Assembly: GCF_001194135.2 (NCBI RefSeq)
Contig: NC_068984.1
Coordinates: 85,331,155 to 85,388,852, forward strand
Length of the DNA: 57,698 bases
DNA from: Octopus bimaculoides
Lineage: Eukaryota
Direction of reading: 5' to 3'
Positions 22,895 to 35,948 of the stretch are shown piece by piece. The notes under the pieces were generated by a model. That model was not told where the DNA came from. It worked only from the letters and a program-made list of their open reading frames with translations, and ran no database searches. Every line of letters starts with the position of its first letter. Positions within the stretch are counted from its first letter, which is position 1. The position numbers and the translations under genes were made by a program.

Positions 22895-23410
22895 TATTAC
22901 TAGATATCTTGTAAATGGAGAAAGAACCAGCTTCTAGCCTAGATCATCGGCACCTTCATTGAATTTCAACAACATCAACAACGTAGTTATGCGTGTAGAG
23001 GGTATATGTGCAAGTATTTAGAGACAGCGTATGTGCAGTTCTGTATATTTTGCTTTATGTATGTATGTATGTATGCTCATACATATAGTTGTCCGTCTTG
23101 ATATGTGCCTATTGTCCGCCTTGACATGTGCCTATGTACTAATATGCTAAACTTTTGGAAAGTTTTTACATATTTTGGTAGATCCATTTATGGCTTGTAT
23201 TAGTATTTTTTTCCCTGTTTTGGGAAACCTAATTACCCCAAACTGGTGCTGAGACAGTTTGTTACATAGCCTAGTGCCCCAATAATTACGTGTATAAATC
23301 TGAACTCATAATCCGGGTGGAGTAGCTGTAAATTTCTCACTAGTTCAGCGTAGGTGTATTCTTTTCCGCTGATCTTTAGTTTTGTGTTAACATCCGCCGA
23401 GCCACGGATT
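22895..23410 (-). mobile_element. 5'-truncated older copy of the (CATA)n-associated RLE LINE
   Basis: Minus-strand translation SADVNTKLKISGKEYTYAELVRNLQLLHPDYEFRFIHVIIGALGYVTNCL matches the C-terminus of 2706-6325, followed by the same 3' UTR motifs. Confidence 0.8.
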
Positions 23411-23854
23411 TCCTTTATTGTACATAGTTTCTATTCTCTGTCCTAAATCACTCTGTCTGGTCTGTTATGCTTACTTTTTATTGAGCTCTGTGTGTGTGTA
23501 TATGTGAAGTCATTTATCTAAAAATGCAATTATGAAAGCATATTAATCATAAGTAACTTATGTAGATTTTCCCGCAAATGTTTGGAGTCAATCAATTACA
23601 TTTTATATTTCAGCCCTGTAGAGTTGCTGTTTAACTTTAAGTGGGTATCTTTTTCTTCCTGTCACAATGTACTTGAGCCAATGCGATACAACAAAAGTGT
23701 TTTAGGTCCAGTATTCTGTATGATAGCAGTCTATCGTAGTCCGAGAAAGACGGTGCTGCAAGTTTCACAAATAATTTGGTTGTAGTGATCAGATGTTTGA
23801 GCTGAACAGATGCACGGTGTACCATATGTCAGGTGTCCGCAGATCAACGTAGAG

Positions 23855-23945
23855 GAGGTGTTGTGCTCAAGAACACAATGCACTTTTGGTCCATGAATTG
23901 AAATCACAATCTCGCAATCGTAAATGCAATACTCTAACCGCTAGG
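23855..23945 (-). mobile_element. Degenerate SINE head fragment (family of 52753-53045)
   Basis: Reverse complement shows GCCTAGCGGTTAGAG, a B-box-like GATTTCAATTC and TTCTTGAGCAC. Confidence 0.45.
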
Positions 23946-24241
23946 CAATATTCTCTCACGGACCTAGTATTAAGTTACTAATAAAGCACTGTACAATATA
24001 TATATATATATATATANNNNNNNNNNNNNNNNNNNNNNNNNNNNNNNNNNNNNNNNNNNNNNNNNNNNNNNNNNNNNNNNNNNNNNNNNNNNNNNNNNNN
24101 NNNNNNNNNNNNNNNNNNNNNNNNNNNNNNNNNNNNNNNNNNNNNNNNNNNNNNNNNNNNNNNNNNNNNNNNNNNNNNNNNNNNNNNNNNNNNNNNNNNN
24201 NNNNNNNNNNNNNNNNNNNNNNNNNNNNNNNNNNNNNNNAC

Positions 24242-24301
<60 letters not shown>

Positions 24302-24303
<2 letters not shown>

Positions 24304-24738
24304 GTGCAGGCGTGGTTGAGTGGTAAGAAGCTTGCTTCCCAATCACATGGTTCCGGGTTCAGTCTCACTGCTTGGTATATCAGGAAAGTGTTTCCTACTT
24401 TAGCTTTGGACCGACCAAAGCCTTATGAGTGGATTTAGTAAACAGAAGCTGAAAGAAGCCCGTCGTATATATACATATGTATGTGTGTGTGTGCGTGTGT
24501 GTGTGTGTGTCTGTCTGTCTGTGTGTCTGTGTTTGTCACTCCATCATTGATCGACAACCGATGCTGGTGTGTTTACGACCCCATAAATTAGCGATTCAGC
24601 AAAAGAAACTGATTGAATAAGTACTAGGATTAAGAAAATAAGTCCTATGGTTCAATTTGTTTGACTAAAGGCCCTACAAGGCAGTGCCTCCGCATGGCCG
24701 CAGTCAAATAACAGAAACAAGTAAGAGAATAAAAGAAC
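24302..24738 (+). mobile_element. Full-length tRNA-derived (CORE-like) SINE with an internal TA/TG microsatellite
   Basis: A-box TGGTTGAGTGG, B-box GGTTCAGTC, body GACCAAAGCCTT..GAGTGGATTT..AGAAGCCCGTCG and tail GCATGGCCGCAGTCAAAT..GAAACAAGTAAGAGAATAAAAGA. Confidence 0.9.
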
Positions 24739-25333
24739 ATATATATATATATATATATAGTTAGTAAAAGGTGAAAGATTTATTCACTCGGGGTGAGAAG
24801 TGTGTGTGTGTGTGTGTGTGTGTTGTGAAAAGTCGTCTTTCAGACCACTGCATGGTATACTGTACTCTTAGTTCCCATTAATCCAAAAGTAGACCAAACA
24901 CACTTATTGCGTTGCACACATTCCACATTATGGATCTGCATTAAACAAACGGGTACAATTATACATGACCTATTGCTTGTCGACTGGTCTTTCACACACT
25001 TCCTCAGGCATCAAAGCGACGTGGTAGATATTTGGGCATAAAAATTCTAATTTATATTTGCTCAAACCACACCCCATTACAACCCATGACAAAAAAAAAA
25101 TAGAAGTAGGCTTTCAAAAGCGGGCGAAAAAAATAAACTTCACAAGAAAGGTCAAGAGATTAAATAAAAATGAATCTACTAGAATAATACTAGCAGTAGC
25201 ATCCACCACCAACAACAGTAATAACACTTGAATCAAAAAATTTCGTGTTCAGAACAGTAGATAAACCATTGTCAATTAATGTGAAAAGTGAGCCATTGAT
25301 AAAATTATATGCAAAATACACCCCCAAAGTTTG

Positions 25334-25700
25334 GTTGGCACTCCGTCGGTTACGACGACGAGGGTTCCAGTTGATCCGATCAGCGGAACAGCCTGCTCGT
25401 GAAATTAACGTGCAAGTGGCTGAGCACTCCACAGACACGTGTACCCTTAACGTAGTTCTCGGGGAGATTCAGCGTGACACAGAGTATGACAAGGCTGGCC
25501 CTTTGAAATACAGGTACAACAGAAACAGGAAGAAAGAGTGTGAGAAAGTTGTGGTGAAAGAGTACAGCAGGGTTCGCCACTATCCTCTGCCGGAGCCTTG
25601 TGGAACTTTAGGTGTTTTCGCTCAATAAACACTCACAACGCCTGGTCTGGGAATCGAAACCGCGAGTCCGCTGCCCTAACCACTGGGCCATTGCGCCTCC
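25334..25700 (-). mobile_element. tRNA-derived SINE (head shared with 43905-44209, different 3' tail)
   Basis: Minus-strand GGAGGCGCAATGGCCCAGTGGTTAGGGCAGCGGACTCGCGGTTTCGATTCCCAGACC; tail ...CTCAGCCACTTGCACGTTAATTTCACGAGCAGGCTG...GACGGAGTGCCAAC. Confidence 0.9.
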
Positions 25701-25809
25701 CAACCCCCAAAGTATNNNNNNNNNNNNNNNNNNNNNNNNNNNNNNNNNNNNNNNNNNNNNNNNNNNNNNNNNNNNNNNNNNNNNNNNNNNNNNNNNNNNN
25801 NNNNNNNNN

Positions 25810-25975
25810 GGCACAGGCATGGCTGTGTAATAAGATGTTTGCTGCCCAACTTCATGGTTCCCGGTTCAGTCCCACTGCATAGTATCTTGGGCAAGCGTCT
25901 TCTGCAAGAGATCCGGTCGAATATGGTTTTGTGAATGTATTTAGTAGATGGAAATTAAAAGAAGCTCATCATATA
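25810..25975 (+). mobile_element. 5' part of a CORE-like SINE
   Basis: GGCACAGGCATGGCTGTGTAATAAG...GGTTCAGTCCCACTGC...TTGGGCAAG, as in the copy at 36238. Confidence 0.8.
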
Positions 25976-26024
<49 letters not shown>

Positions 26025-26152
26025 GCTTATGTCTATACTATTTAAATCATATATTAAATGTTTGGGAGAAGGCTCAAGTGCTGATATCATACACCATGAC
26101 TTCAGCACAACCATTAACATGCTAACGTTACTGCCAGCTCACCGCCTTAGTA

Positions 26153-27645
26153 TGTTGGAAATATTGATTGTTGGTTCGTTACGAGTTTGCTACTGCCGTT
26201 GTTTCTATTTTGTATTGTTATAACACTGTTACAGTGTATTCTTTATCTATCGTCGACAATATCAACCGTACCACGATATTGGAGACTTACGGAAGTAACA
26301 TTTGGTGATGAGGATTGTTTGAAGCTCACGTAGCTTATTTGAAAATTCACTCATAATCCGGCGTAGGGTATTACGTTTCCTGCGTACTATAGTAGGTGCG
26401 AGGAAATTTTTAACAAAGATTGCAAGTCATGGTCAGATGAGGAGAAAGTGAGGCTATTACTATGCAAGGTATCTCCGGTCGAGCACGAATGCTACTGTAA
26501 CTTTATAATGCCCAAAAGTCGAGTGAGATTTGTTTCCAAGAAACTGTTGAATTACTCTCAAAGATCTTTTGTGACAAAATTTCGTTATTTAACACTCGAA
26601 TGGAATGTTGGAACTTAACAAAAAATGAAGATGATGACTTTATTACATACGCCAGAGTAGTCAACCGTATGTGTGAAAACTTTAATATCAGAAACTCACT
26701 CAAGATGTGTTTAAATCCCTTATCTTCGTACAAGGCCTTACAGCAACCGAAGGTAGAGAAATTCGGGCAAGGATTCTCTCAAAAATGGAGCAAGTTAACC
26801 AAAACTTAATCCTACAGACCATTGCAGAAAAATGTCAAGCAATTGTAAACCTGAAACACGACTTTAAAAAAATCAAGAGAAAGATTTACAAAAATACAGA
26901 TGTGTCGACCCTGAAAGTACAACCAAAAAAGAGTATCAGGCTCCAATCCATGTTATGGATGTGGAGGTTTACACCTCAGAAAAGAGTGTCCATTTAAAAA
27001 CTGAAAATGCTATAGTTGTCAGAAACTTGGACACAAGAAGTTTCACTGCAGAACAAGATTACGAGGGTCGAAAGCAAAAAGTTCTACGGTATTTTCAGTA
27101 GAAAGTGAATGGGACATAAATACAAGAAAATTCGTACATGTAAAAAAAAATGGAGTAAATATTAAATTACAGTTGGATAGGGGTAGTGATATTTCAATCA
27201 TAAATGCGGATATATGGAGAAAAACAGCGAAAATTGCGCGTGGAGTGACGGGTGATAAATTACATTTCATGGGCGAAATGTGTACAGGCGTTTTACTTCG
27301 AGGAGAAAGACGCGAAGTAAAAATATTCATTGTGGAGAATACAACCAATCTGTTTAGTACAGGTTGGTTGGAGTTATTTGACTTATGGCAGCTCCCCATA
27401 AGTTTCTACTGTAAAAACATAAATGTTTGTCCCGTTAAAAATAGATCGTCTGAGGATAGTGAACAGAAAATTGAAAAAGATGTTTCCTCAAGTACTATCA
27501 GAGGACTTAGGTCTATGTAAAATGACTGAAGTCTGCTTTCAAGTAAGTGAAAACGCTGTGCCTGTATTTAAATCTAACAGAAAAGTACCGTTCGCGGCAA
27601 TTGAAATCGTAAATGAAGAGTTGGACAGATTGGAAAAGAGTGGAA
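26153..27645 (+). mobile_element. Ty3/gypsy LTR retrotransposon fragment: putative 5' LTR and PBS, gag, protease, start of RT; truncated by a gap
   Basis: TGTT...TAACA (26153-26300) followed by PBS-like TTTGGTGATGAGG. Gag SWSDEEKVRLLL and FITYARVVNRMCE; two knuckles CYGCGGLHLRKEC and CYSCQKLGHKKFHC; protease QLDRGSDISII; RT entry PVFKSNRKVPFAAIEIVNEELDRLEKSG. Confidence 0.85.
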
Positions 27646-28327
27646 NNNNNNNNNNNNNNNNNNNNNNNNNNNNNNNNNNNNNNNNNNNNNNNNNNNNNNN
27701 NNNNNNNNNNNNNNNNNNNNNNNNNNNNNNNNNNNNNNNNNNNNNNNNNNNNNNNNNNNNNNNNNNNNNNNNNNNNNNNNNNNNNNNNNNNNNNNNNNNN
27801 NNNNNNNNNNNNNNNNNNNNNNNNNNNNNNNNNNNNNNNNNNNNNNNNNNNNNNNNNNNNNNNNNNNNNNNNNNNNNNNNNNNNNNNNNNNNNNNNNNNN
27901 NNNNNNNNNNNNNNNNNNNNNNNNNNNNNNNNNNNNNNNNNNNNNNNNNNNNNNNNNNNNNNNNNNNNNNNNNNNNNNNNNNNNNNNNNNNNNNNNNNNN
28001 NNNNNNNNNNNNNNNNNNNNNNNNNNNNNNNNNNNNNNNNNNNNNNNNNNNNNNNNNNNNNNNNNNNNNNNNNNNNNNNNNNNNNNNNNNNNNNNNNNNN
28101 NNNNNNNNNNNNNNNNNNNNNNNNNNNNNNNTTGTGGTATATTCTGTTAGAAACGTAGTGGAGTACAATATAAAGCTGGTCCGCCTTCAGATTTCACCTT
28201 GTGCTATCCAGTAGTAGCATTATATGTACTGCCAGGTTTGGGTTTGGGCATCTGTCGTGTGGGAACAGATAATTGAACAAATTCGGAGTTAACAAGAAGG
28301 AGTACGGTTGGACATTTTTTTCAATCA

Positions 28328-28893
28328 TTACAATTGTTTCTACGCAACGTAGTTCTCCGGCGTACACGTACTTGCTTATGCAACCGTTTTCATGCATCAT
28401 GAGAACTAACTGTGTTTCCTTAGGCGATATGTAAATATTATCTCCGTAAATTCAAACTCTCGGCTTCAGTATTTATACGTAAACGACCATGTATGTGTAC
28501 GTATGGGCCGATTCTTAACGGTCAGCTAAAGACAACCAGATGTGTAATTTGTACCTGAAGAACAAATCAACAGTACAAAGAAATCAAATGCCAGTCACTT
28601 TAAAACGGCAACCACTTTAACAGTAGCAGAATCACCACCCCACTAAATCTACACATTCAAAGCAGTTTGCCAACGGTCCTTTAGCAACAACACACTTTGA
28701 TAAACTCAGTGTCTACTACTAACTTCAGACCACTACAGACAGAGAGGATGCTCTTGAAGCCAAGAATTTGAACTTACGGAGACAATAATTACATATCGCT
28801 TGAGGAAACACAACTAGATCTAAGAACAACTAAATGGTTGCATAATCAAGTACCTGCACGCCTGAAGAACTACGTTGCGTATAAACAATTGTA
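28328..28893. mobile_element. Segment bounded by an inverted pair of 58-bp repeats containing a minimal hammerhead-like motif (PLE-relic-like)
   Basis: 28836-28893 is the reverse complement of 28328-28385 with about 6-7 differences. Consensus CUGAAGA-AC-UACG-UUG-CGUA-GAAAC-AAUU-GUA. Confidence 0.6.
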
Positions 28894-30005
28894 GCGATAT
28901 GAATAAGTGTCTTTCTTGTTGACTCCAATTGTTTTCAATTATATATCTATAATATAATGGAGAAAGCTGCTTATTAATTAGATATGTAACAGTTACTAAA
29001 AGAAAGCAATTATTAAAGGCGTGACCGTCTGGAAATTACTTTATAAATTCATGTTCTAAGAAATTCCCCATAATCTTGATATGTGAAGTTTATTGAATAT
29101 TTGANNNNNNNNNNNNNNNNNNNNNNNNNNNNNNNNNNNNNNNNNNNNNNNNNNNNNNNNNNNNNNNNNNNNNNNNNNNNNNNNNNNNNNNNNNNNNNNN
29201 NNNNNNNNNNNNNNNNNNNNNNNNNNNNNNNNNNNNNNNNNNNNNNNNNNNNNNNNNNNNNNNNNNNNNNNNNNNNNNNNNNNNNNNNNNNNNNNNNNNN
29301 NNNNNNNNNNNNNNNNNNNNNNNNNNNNNNNNNNNNNNNNNNNNNNNNNNNNNNNNNNNNNNNNNNNNNNNNNNNNNNNNNNNNNNNNNNNNNNNNNNNN
29401 NNNNNNNNNNNNNNNNNNNNNNNNNNNNNNNNNNNNNNNNNNNNNNNNNNNNNNNNNNNNNNNNNNNNNNNNNNNNNNNNNNNNNNNNNNNNNNNNNNNN
29501 NNNNNNNNNNNNNNNNNNNNNNNNNNNNNNNNNNNNNNNTATATATATATATATATATTTAAAATTAAGAGGTGGTTTGTTGGTATGGTTGTTTAGAATG
29601 CTATTAGCCTTATAATAATTACTATGTGATCGCTGCTATTTCTAGCAGGCTAAACGTGCTAGGGTTACCTTGAAGTTTTTTTTAAATTTCACATATGTTA
29701 CAACTACGATAAATTACTGAAAGAAATATTTACTAAGCAAGTGAGATTTTTTATAACTTGATGTTTGCAGGAAAATTTACTTTCTGAACTTTCTTTTATA
29801 ATTGAACATTTCAAGTTAACAAATTTGAATATTCGGTACGAGATAGTTTGGCATTCTTTCGCTTGAACCCGCACACTTCGTTAATTTATGTAATTTTTTT
29901 TTTTATTTACTTTTGGCGCGCCTTATTCAGCTTTATGTATCAGTTACACGCACACGTGTTTTTATATGTACGTTTGTATACATTTACGTAAGTGTGTGTT
30001 TGTGA

Positions 30006-30037
<32 letters not shown>

Positions 30038-30404
30038 TTGAGGGAAGGGGTGTGTTGTCATGTATATGTACATACATAAATACATATGCATTTTTGCATG
30101 TATGTGTATGTGTGACAGAGAGAGTGATGGCTAAGTAGCATTCTCTCTCTCTCTCTCTCTCTGACACACACATGTCCATTTTATATACACGTACATACAT
30201 CTTTCATTTTCTCTCTCCCATTTTAAAACAAAAGTAAATAAATAAAAAATATTTACAGAAATTTACGAACAAAACCAGCTGTTCATTTTGGCATTTCTGA
30301 GGGTTCAACGCAAAGAATACCGATAGTTTTTAACGAGCATTTATTTGTACAATTTTTCCATTTCATGATTATTTCATTCATTGTTTTCAATGTTCTCTCT
30401 CAAC

Positions 30405-30468
<64 letters not shown>

Positions 30469-30679
30469 NNNNNNNNNNNNNNNNNNNNNNNNNNNNNNNN
30501 NNNNNNNNNNNNNNNNNNNNNNNNNNNNNNNNNNNNTCTCTCTCTCTCTCTCTCTCTCCCTCTCTCTCCCTCTCTCTCTCTCTGACACACACACATACAC
30601 ACACACACACACACACACTCTAGGTTTGGCAAACAGAAAACCGCCGGATAGTGGTCTTTCTGCTAGTATATATATATAA

Positions 30680-31055
30680 CAAATTAAATGGATGGCTTAG
30701 CAATTTGAACCTAAAGGCAAAATTAATAGAAGTCACAAAAATGACAGCTCAAATTGCTAATAAGCCACCCATTTAATTTGTTGTATACACTTTTACCGTT
30801 TTGAAAATCAGCACACGTTTTCAACGGTTTTCTTATAAGAGTGACAGAGGTAGTTGAGTTTAACTCTAGGCGTTAAGAGTCGCTAATGAGGATTAAGATG
30901 GTCTACATCAAAATCCGAAATCGTCGGACTTACCTCCCTTTGTCAGTCATTAAGATAGTGCTTCGTGGCTTTTGAGTTGTTTTAACTCTTATTTCTAGCA
31001 ATAGTGGTGCTAGTTAGTACCCACCTGCCACTTTTGTGACCTCTATTAATTTTGG
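30680..31055. mobile_element. Nested inverted-repeat element related to 14850-15140
   Basis: Fold-back 30680-30780 (CAAATTAAATGGATGGCTTAGCAATTTGA / TCAAATTGCTAATAAGCCACCCATTTAATTTG) plus an inverted repeat 30719-30747 versus 31026-31054. Confidence 0.6.
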
Positions 31056-31064
31056 CTATATACG

Positions 31065-31125
<61 letters not shown>

Positions 31126-31699
31126 AAATATATATANNNNNNNNNNNNNNNNNNNNNNNNNNNAGAGAGAGAGAGAGATGGGGGAGAGAGGAGAGAGAGA
31201 TGTTGAGTTATTTGTAAAGGATCATTGACCTTGAGATACCGATGCTCGCTGGGTCAAAACGACGTTAAAGGACTGGATGTTTTCTTTCTCTTCTATCTTT
31301 TCTCTTTTCAAAGAAAATATTTCTCCCAGCGTTCACTATTTTCCTCTCATTCTGGACTAACAACCCTCCATGTTTGGTTTCGTTCGTTCCCTTGTATGCT
31401 TCCACTGTCCTGTTTTTGTTCCCAACTTGACCCTCCATAAATCCTAAATTTTATTCTAGAATTTATGGGAGCAACTGTCTTTGAAGACTCATATTGTCGT
31501 TGAATGCTCAGAAAGAAGAGTAGATAGACGGCCGACAACTGATGAAGGTTCGTTCTCTGTGTTTACTTGTCATGTTTTCCATTTTTCTCACGTTGATTGC
31601 ATATTTAACTCGTTTCTTTCATGTTGTTTACACAGTTTGTGACGTCCTGTACCCATATATGCAGCCAATCACCATGATTGACCGCTAACTCCAAAAGTT

Positions 31700-31830
31700 T
31701 TTAATTCTCTCTCTGCTTATTTCATCGTGTCCCTTTCTGTTGAAGAGCGTAAGCTCGAAACGTTAAAGACTTTCTGACCTTTCCGAGCGTCAAACTAATA
31801 CAGCTGCTTGTTGTTTATACACCAGCCTTT
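31700..31830 (+). mobile_element. Short dispersed element with a hammerhead-like core (copy 1 of 3)
   Basis: CCTTT-CTGTTGA-A-GAGC-GTAA-GCTC-GAAACGTT-AAAG at 31732-31768, then TTTCCGAGCGTCAAACTAATAC. Same family at 45075 and 57440. Confidence 0.7.
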
Positions 31831-31831
31831 T

Positions 31832-32079
31832 GGGATCTATTTTAAAACGGGGGCCACATTTTTCATTAATGTTTTCCGTAGTGTTTTTGGTACGGAAAGA
31901 CTTTCAAACTTCGTATACTTATCTATTTTGTGTTATAGAACAGAAAAATATTTTTGTATTCGAATTTATTTCTTGTAAAAAATTGTCTTATTTCGATAAT
32001 TTCAACCAATCACTGACAAGTATTCAGTTGTTTACATTTACTCCTTTGGCTGATTAAGCGATGTAAAGCGTATTTAATC
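31832..32079 (+). mobile_element. Left end of a MITE related to 1503-2148; truncated by a gap
   Basis: GGGATCTATTTTAAAACGGGGGCCACATTTTTTCATTAA matches the reverse complement of 2110-2148. TAATTTCAACCAATCACTGAC matches the reverse complement of about 1968-1990. Confidence 0.75.
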
Positions 32080-33411
32080 NNNNNNNNNNNNNNNNNNNNN
32101 NNNNNNNNNNNNNNNNNNNNNNNNNNNNNNNNNNNNNNNNNNNNNNNNNNNNNNNNNNNNNNNNNNNNNNNNNNNNNNNNNNNNNNNNNNNNNNNNNNNN
32201 NNNNNNNNNNNNNNNNNNNNNNNNNNNNNNNNNNNNNNNNNNNNNNNNNNNNNNNNNNNNNNNNNNNNNNNNNNNNNNNNNNNNNNNNNNNNNNNNNNNN
32301 NNNNNNNNNNNNNNNNNNNNNNNNNNNNNNNNNNNNNNNNNNNNNNNNNNNNNNNNNNNNNNNNNNNNNNNNNNNNNNNNNNNNNNNNNNNNNNNNNNNN
32401 NNNNNNNNNNNNNNNNNNNNNNNNNNNNNNNNNNNNNNNNNNNNNNNNNNNNNNNNNNNNNNNNNNNNNNNNNNNNNNNNNNNNNNNNNNNNNNNNNNNN
32501 NNNNNNNNNNNNNNNNNNNNNNNNNNNNNNNNNNNNNNNNNNNNNNNNNNNNNNNNNNNNNNNNNNNNNNNNNNNNNNNNNNNNNNNNNNNNNNNNNNNN
32601 NNNNNNNNNNNNNNNNNNNNNNNNNNNNNNNNNNNNNNNNNNNNNNNNNNNNNNNNNNNNNNNNNNNNNNNNNNNNNNNNNNNNNNNNNNNNNNNNNNNN
32701 NNNNNNNNNNNNNNNNNNNNNNNNNNNNNNNNNNNNNNNNNNCAAGCACTCCGTAGTAAATATATATAAAAAAAAGCAACTTTCAGGGACAGTAGTGGTT
32801 TATTGAGACTGAAGGTTGTAGATTTATTTTTCGTATCGAAGTACGATAAACTGATAAACTGAAAACGATAAACTGAAAAACGTTTTTTTTAATATTTCAC
32901 GGTAGGCGTATATATCTACATACACAATATATTCACGCACACGCGCACACACACACACACACACGCATAGACCGCTCGTGTGGACGCTCTGAATTCGACA
33001 ATGCATGAAGGCATATAATTTTGTGTTCAATGAAAATAAGTGACACATATTGTTACTGGAAACGAATTTAACTCATGCAAAATGTCCCTCCGGCCTTTCG
33101 GAGAGTATTTTCCTTTTTCACAATATTCTCCTTTGGAAATGTATATTGTTGTATAGTCAAACAGGTGGACATCATTAATTTTATACATCCTCTTTCTTTT
33201 CTTTCCTTTCCTGAGCGTCCAATAACACTGTACTTATTCCACGTCCTCGCGTTGTTTTTGCGTGTGTTTTTTTCGTGTTTTTTCTTGTTTGTTCATGTTT
33301 AAATTGACTATATACATACATACACACACTACACACACACACACGCACATACATACATATATATATACAAAGATATTTATATATACATATATATATATAT
33401 ATATACTTGCG

Positions 33412-33465
<54 letters not shown>

Positions 33466-34075
33466 AATGTATATGTATATATGTATGTATATGTATACAT
33501 ACACACACATGTATATATGTATGTGTGTATATATAGAAATAAATACGTATATATGTGTATATATATATATATANNNNNNNNNNNNNNNNNNNNNNNNNNN
33601 NNNNNNNNNNNNNNNNNNNNNNNNNNNNNNNNNNNNNNNNNNNNNNNNNNNNNNNNNNNNNNNNNNNNNNNNNNNNNNNNNNNNNNNNNNNNNNNNNNNN
33701 NNNNNNNNNNNNNNNNNNNNNNNNNNNNNNNNNNNNNNNNNNNNNNNNNNNNNNNNNNNNNNNNNNNNNNNNNNNNNNNNNNNNNNNNNNNNNNNNNNNN
33801 NNNNNNNNNNNNNNNNNNNNNNNNNNNNNNNNNNNNNNNNNNNNNNNNNNNNNNNNNNNNNNNNNNNNNNNNNNNNNNNNNNNNNNNNNNNNNNNNNNNN
33901 NNNNNNNNNNNNNNNNNNNNNNNNNNNNNNNNNNNNNNNNNNNNNNNNNNNNNNNNNNNNNNNNNNNNNNNNNNNNNNNNNNNNNNNNNNNNNNNNNNNN
34001 NNNNNNNNNNNNNNNNNNNNNNNNNNNNNNNNNNNNNNNNNNNNNNNNNNNNNNNNNNNNNNNNNNNNNNNNNNN

Positions 34076-34120
<45 letters not shown>

Positions 34121-34578
34121 AATGTGTTCGCATGAGTGAATAAAGTGAACCTAGGTCAAAATTTCCGACCAGTTTTCAGTTGTTAGGTCAATGAAACTAC
34201 TTTTTCATTCAATCAGCATGTAAGTGGTTTAGTATTCCACAGACATATGTACTATTAACGTAAATTTCAGACCGAATTTGTGTCACTAATTGAATACGAA
34301 ACCAAAACCTTTAGATTATAGCTACGAGCTATCCGACACGCTGTTATATAGTCTCTGCCTCTTCAGTTTCACTCACAAGTGTAGAGTCGATCCGAAGCGA
34401 ACTCTCGAGCAAGTCTGATATATCGCATTTACAGTGTATAAATATGAATACAGAGGTACATATAGAAAATATATACAGAAATATTTACTAACCTTCCAAG
34501 GCGGTGCCCCAGGTTTGTCATAGTCCAATAACTCAAACAAGTAAGAGATAAAAGATACATACGTACATACATACACAC

Positions 34579-35075
34579 ATCAGTTGCTCAGCGGACGTTA
34601 ACATAAAGCTAAAGGTCAGTGACCTATGCTGAACTATTGAGAAATCTACAGTAACTCTACTCAGATTACATGTACAGTTTTATACCTGTAATCATTGGGG
34701 AACTGGGATATGTAACACACTGCCAATGTACCATTTTTGAGAAATTAGGCTTCTCGAAACCAGAAAGGAGAAAACTGATTCGACGACTACAGATCCAAGC
34801 CATTAATGGAACTTCAAAAATTTGTAAAACTTCCTAGAAATTTATCATTTAAGTCATATGAGCATGTCAAGATATGTAACTTACTTGTATGAGGATACAT
34901 ACATGAATTAAAACATACAAATTTGTCAATGCATTGACTCTAAATACTGCACATATACAAACGTACAAACAAAAATATCCTATTGATGTTGAAATTCCAT
35001 TGAAGAAACCTTTGATGTAGGTTAGAAACCGGCATTTTATCTATTGGCAAGAAATCTTGAAATAAAACTTAATAA
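34579..35075 (+). mobile_element. 5'-truncated copy of the (CATA)n-associated RLE LINE
   Basis: ISCSADVNIKLKVS..YAELLRNLQ..KLGFSKPERRKLIRRLQIQAI plus the 3' UTR. CATACATA flanks both ends (34556-34575 and 35078-35090). Confidence 0.85.
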
Positions 35076-35732
35076 TAGCATACATACATAATGGACTGTG
35101 AAATAATTTTTTTATTATTATTTACATGCGTAAAAGTGGTTGCATAGCATTTTTGTATCCTAAACTTTTTATTCGGAAAGCAATAACTCAAAAGTCAAAG
35201 GGAACTTTTACGCTGGCACACACACACACACGCGCACAAACACACACGCGCGCACACACACACATACATACGCACACAGACACATACAAACACGCACATA
35301 TATATGTATACTATGCATCTTTAAATGCATATATACATAATGTATTTACAATTGTTTCACCGGCATTCGAACTTATGTAATGCATGCAAATATGAGCTCA
35401 AAGTGTATCCTAATACTGATACAATCATTACATTGTATCAATATAAATGATACAGCTCAAGTCTACAATTGACTATATTATATAATGATATAGCAATACT
35501 CTCGTGTTCGAATGTCGATGAAACAATTGTTAATTTATGTAATAAATTAATTTGCTCATTCCACTCTCCATTATATAAAATATATAAATTCTAGGGATTT
35601 TTATGGATCTTCGGAAATATCATCAGCAAAACCGCCACCGCTGATTTCAAGTCACATCTGATAGCCAGTACGCGTTGATGAGCTCGAAAGTGTAAACGAA
35701 AAATTAAGACTGGAATGAAAATTATTTACATA

Positions 35733-35948
35733 CGAGGAGGTACTGAAAAGTTTCTGGTATTAGGTGAAAGAAATTACAAGAGGATGAGTTAATTATGATT
35801 TTATTCAGCATATTTCTCTCTCAGATTCACACACTTATTGCAGTGGTCCTTCAGTTTTTCTAAGCCTTGTAAAAGAACTCAGAAGGTTGGGACTCCAACC
35901 AAGCCTTTCGCGACACCCTAAAAGCCAGAAGCCTTTCAGACTTCCTCG
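35733..35948. mobile_element. Mariner-type MITE (about 215 bp)
   Basis: TA|CGAGGAGGTACTGAAAAGTTTCTGG ... CCAGAAGCCTTTCAGACTTCCTCG|TG imperfect TIRs. Confidence 0.7.

Noticed and set aside
23582-23825. Short ORFs with a TTTCAG acceptor at about 23610
   Set aside because: No convincing donor, no recognisable motif, and the length is within chance expectation.
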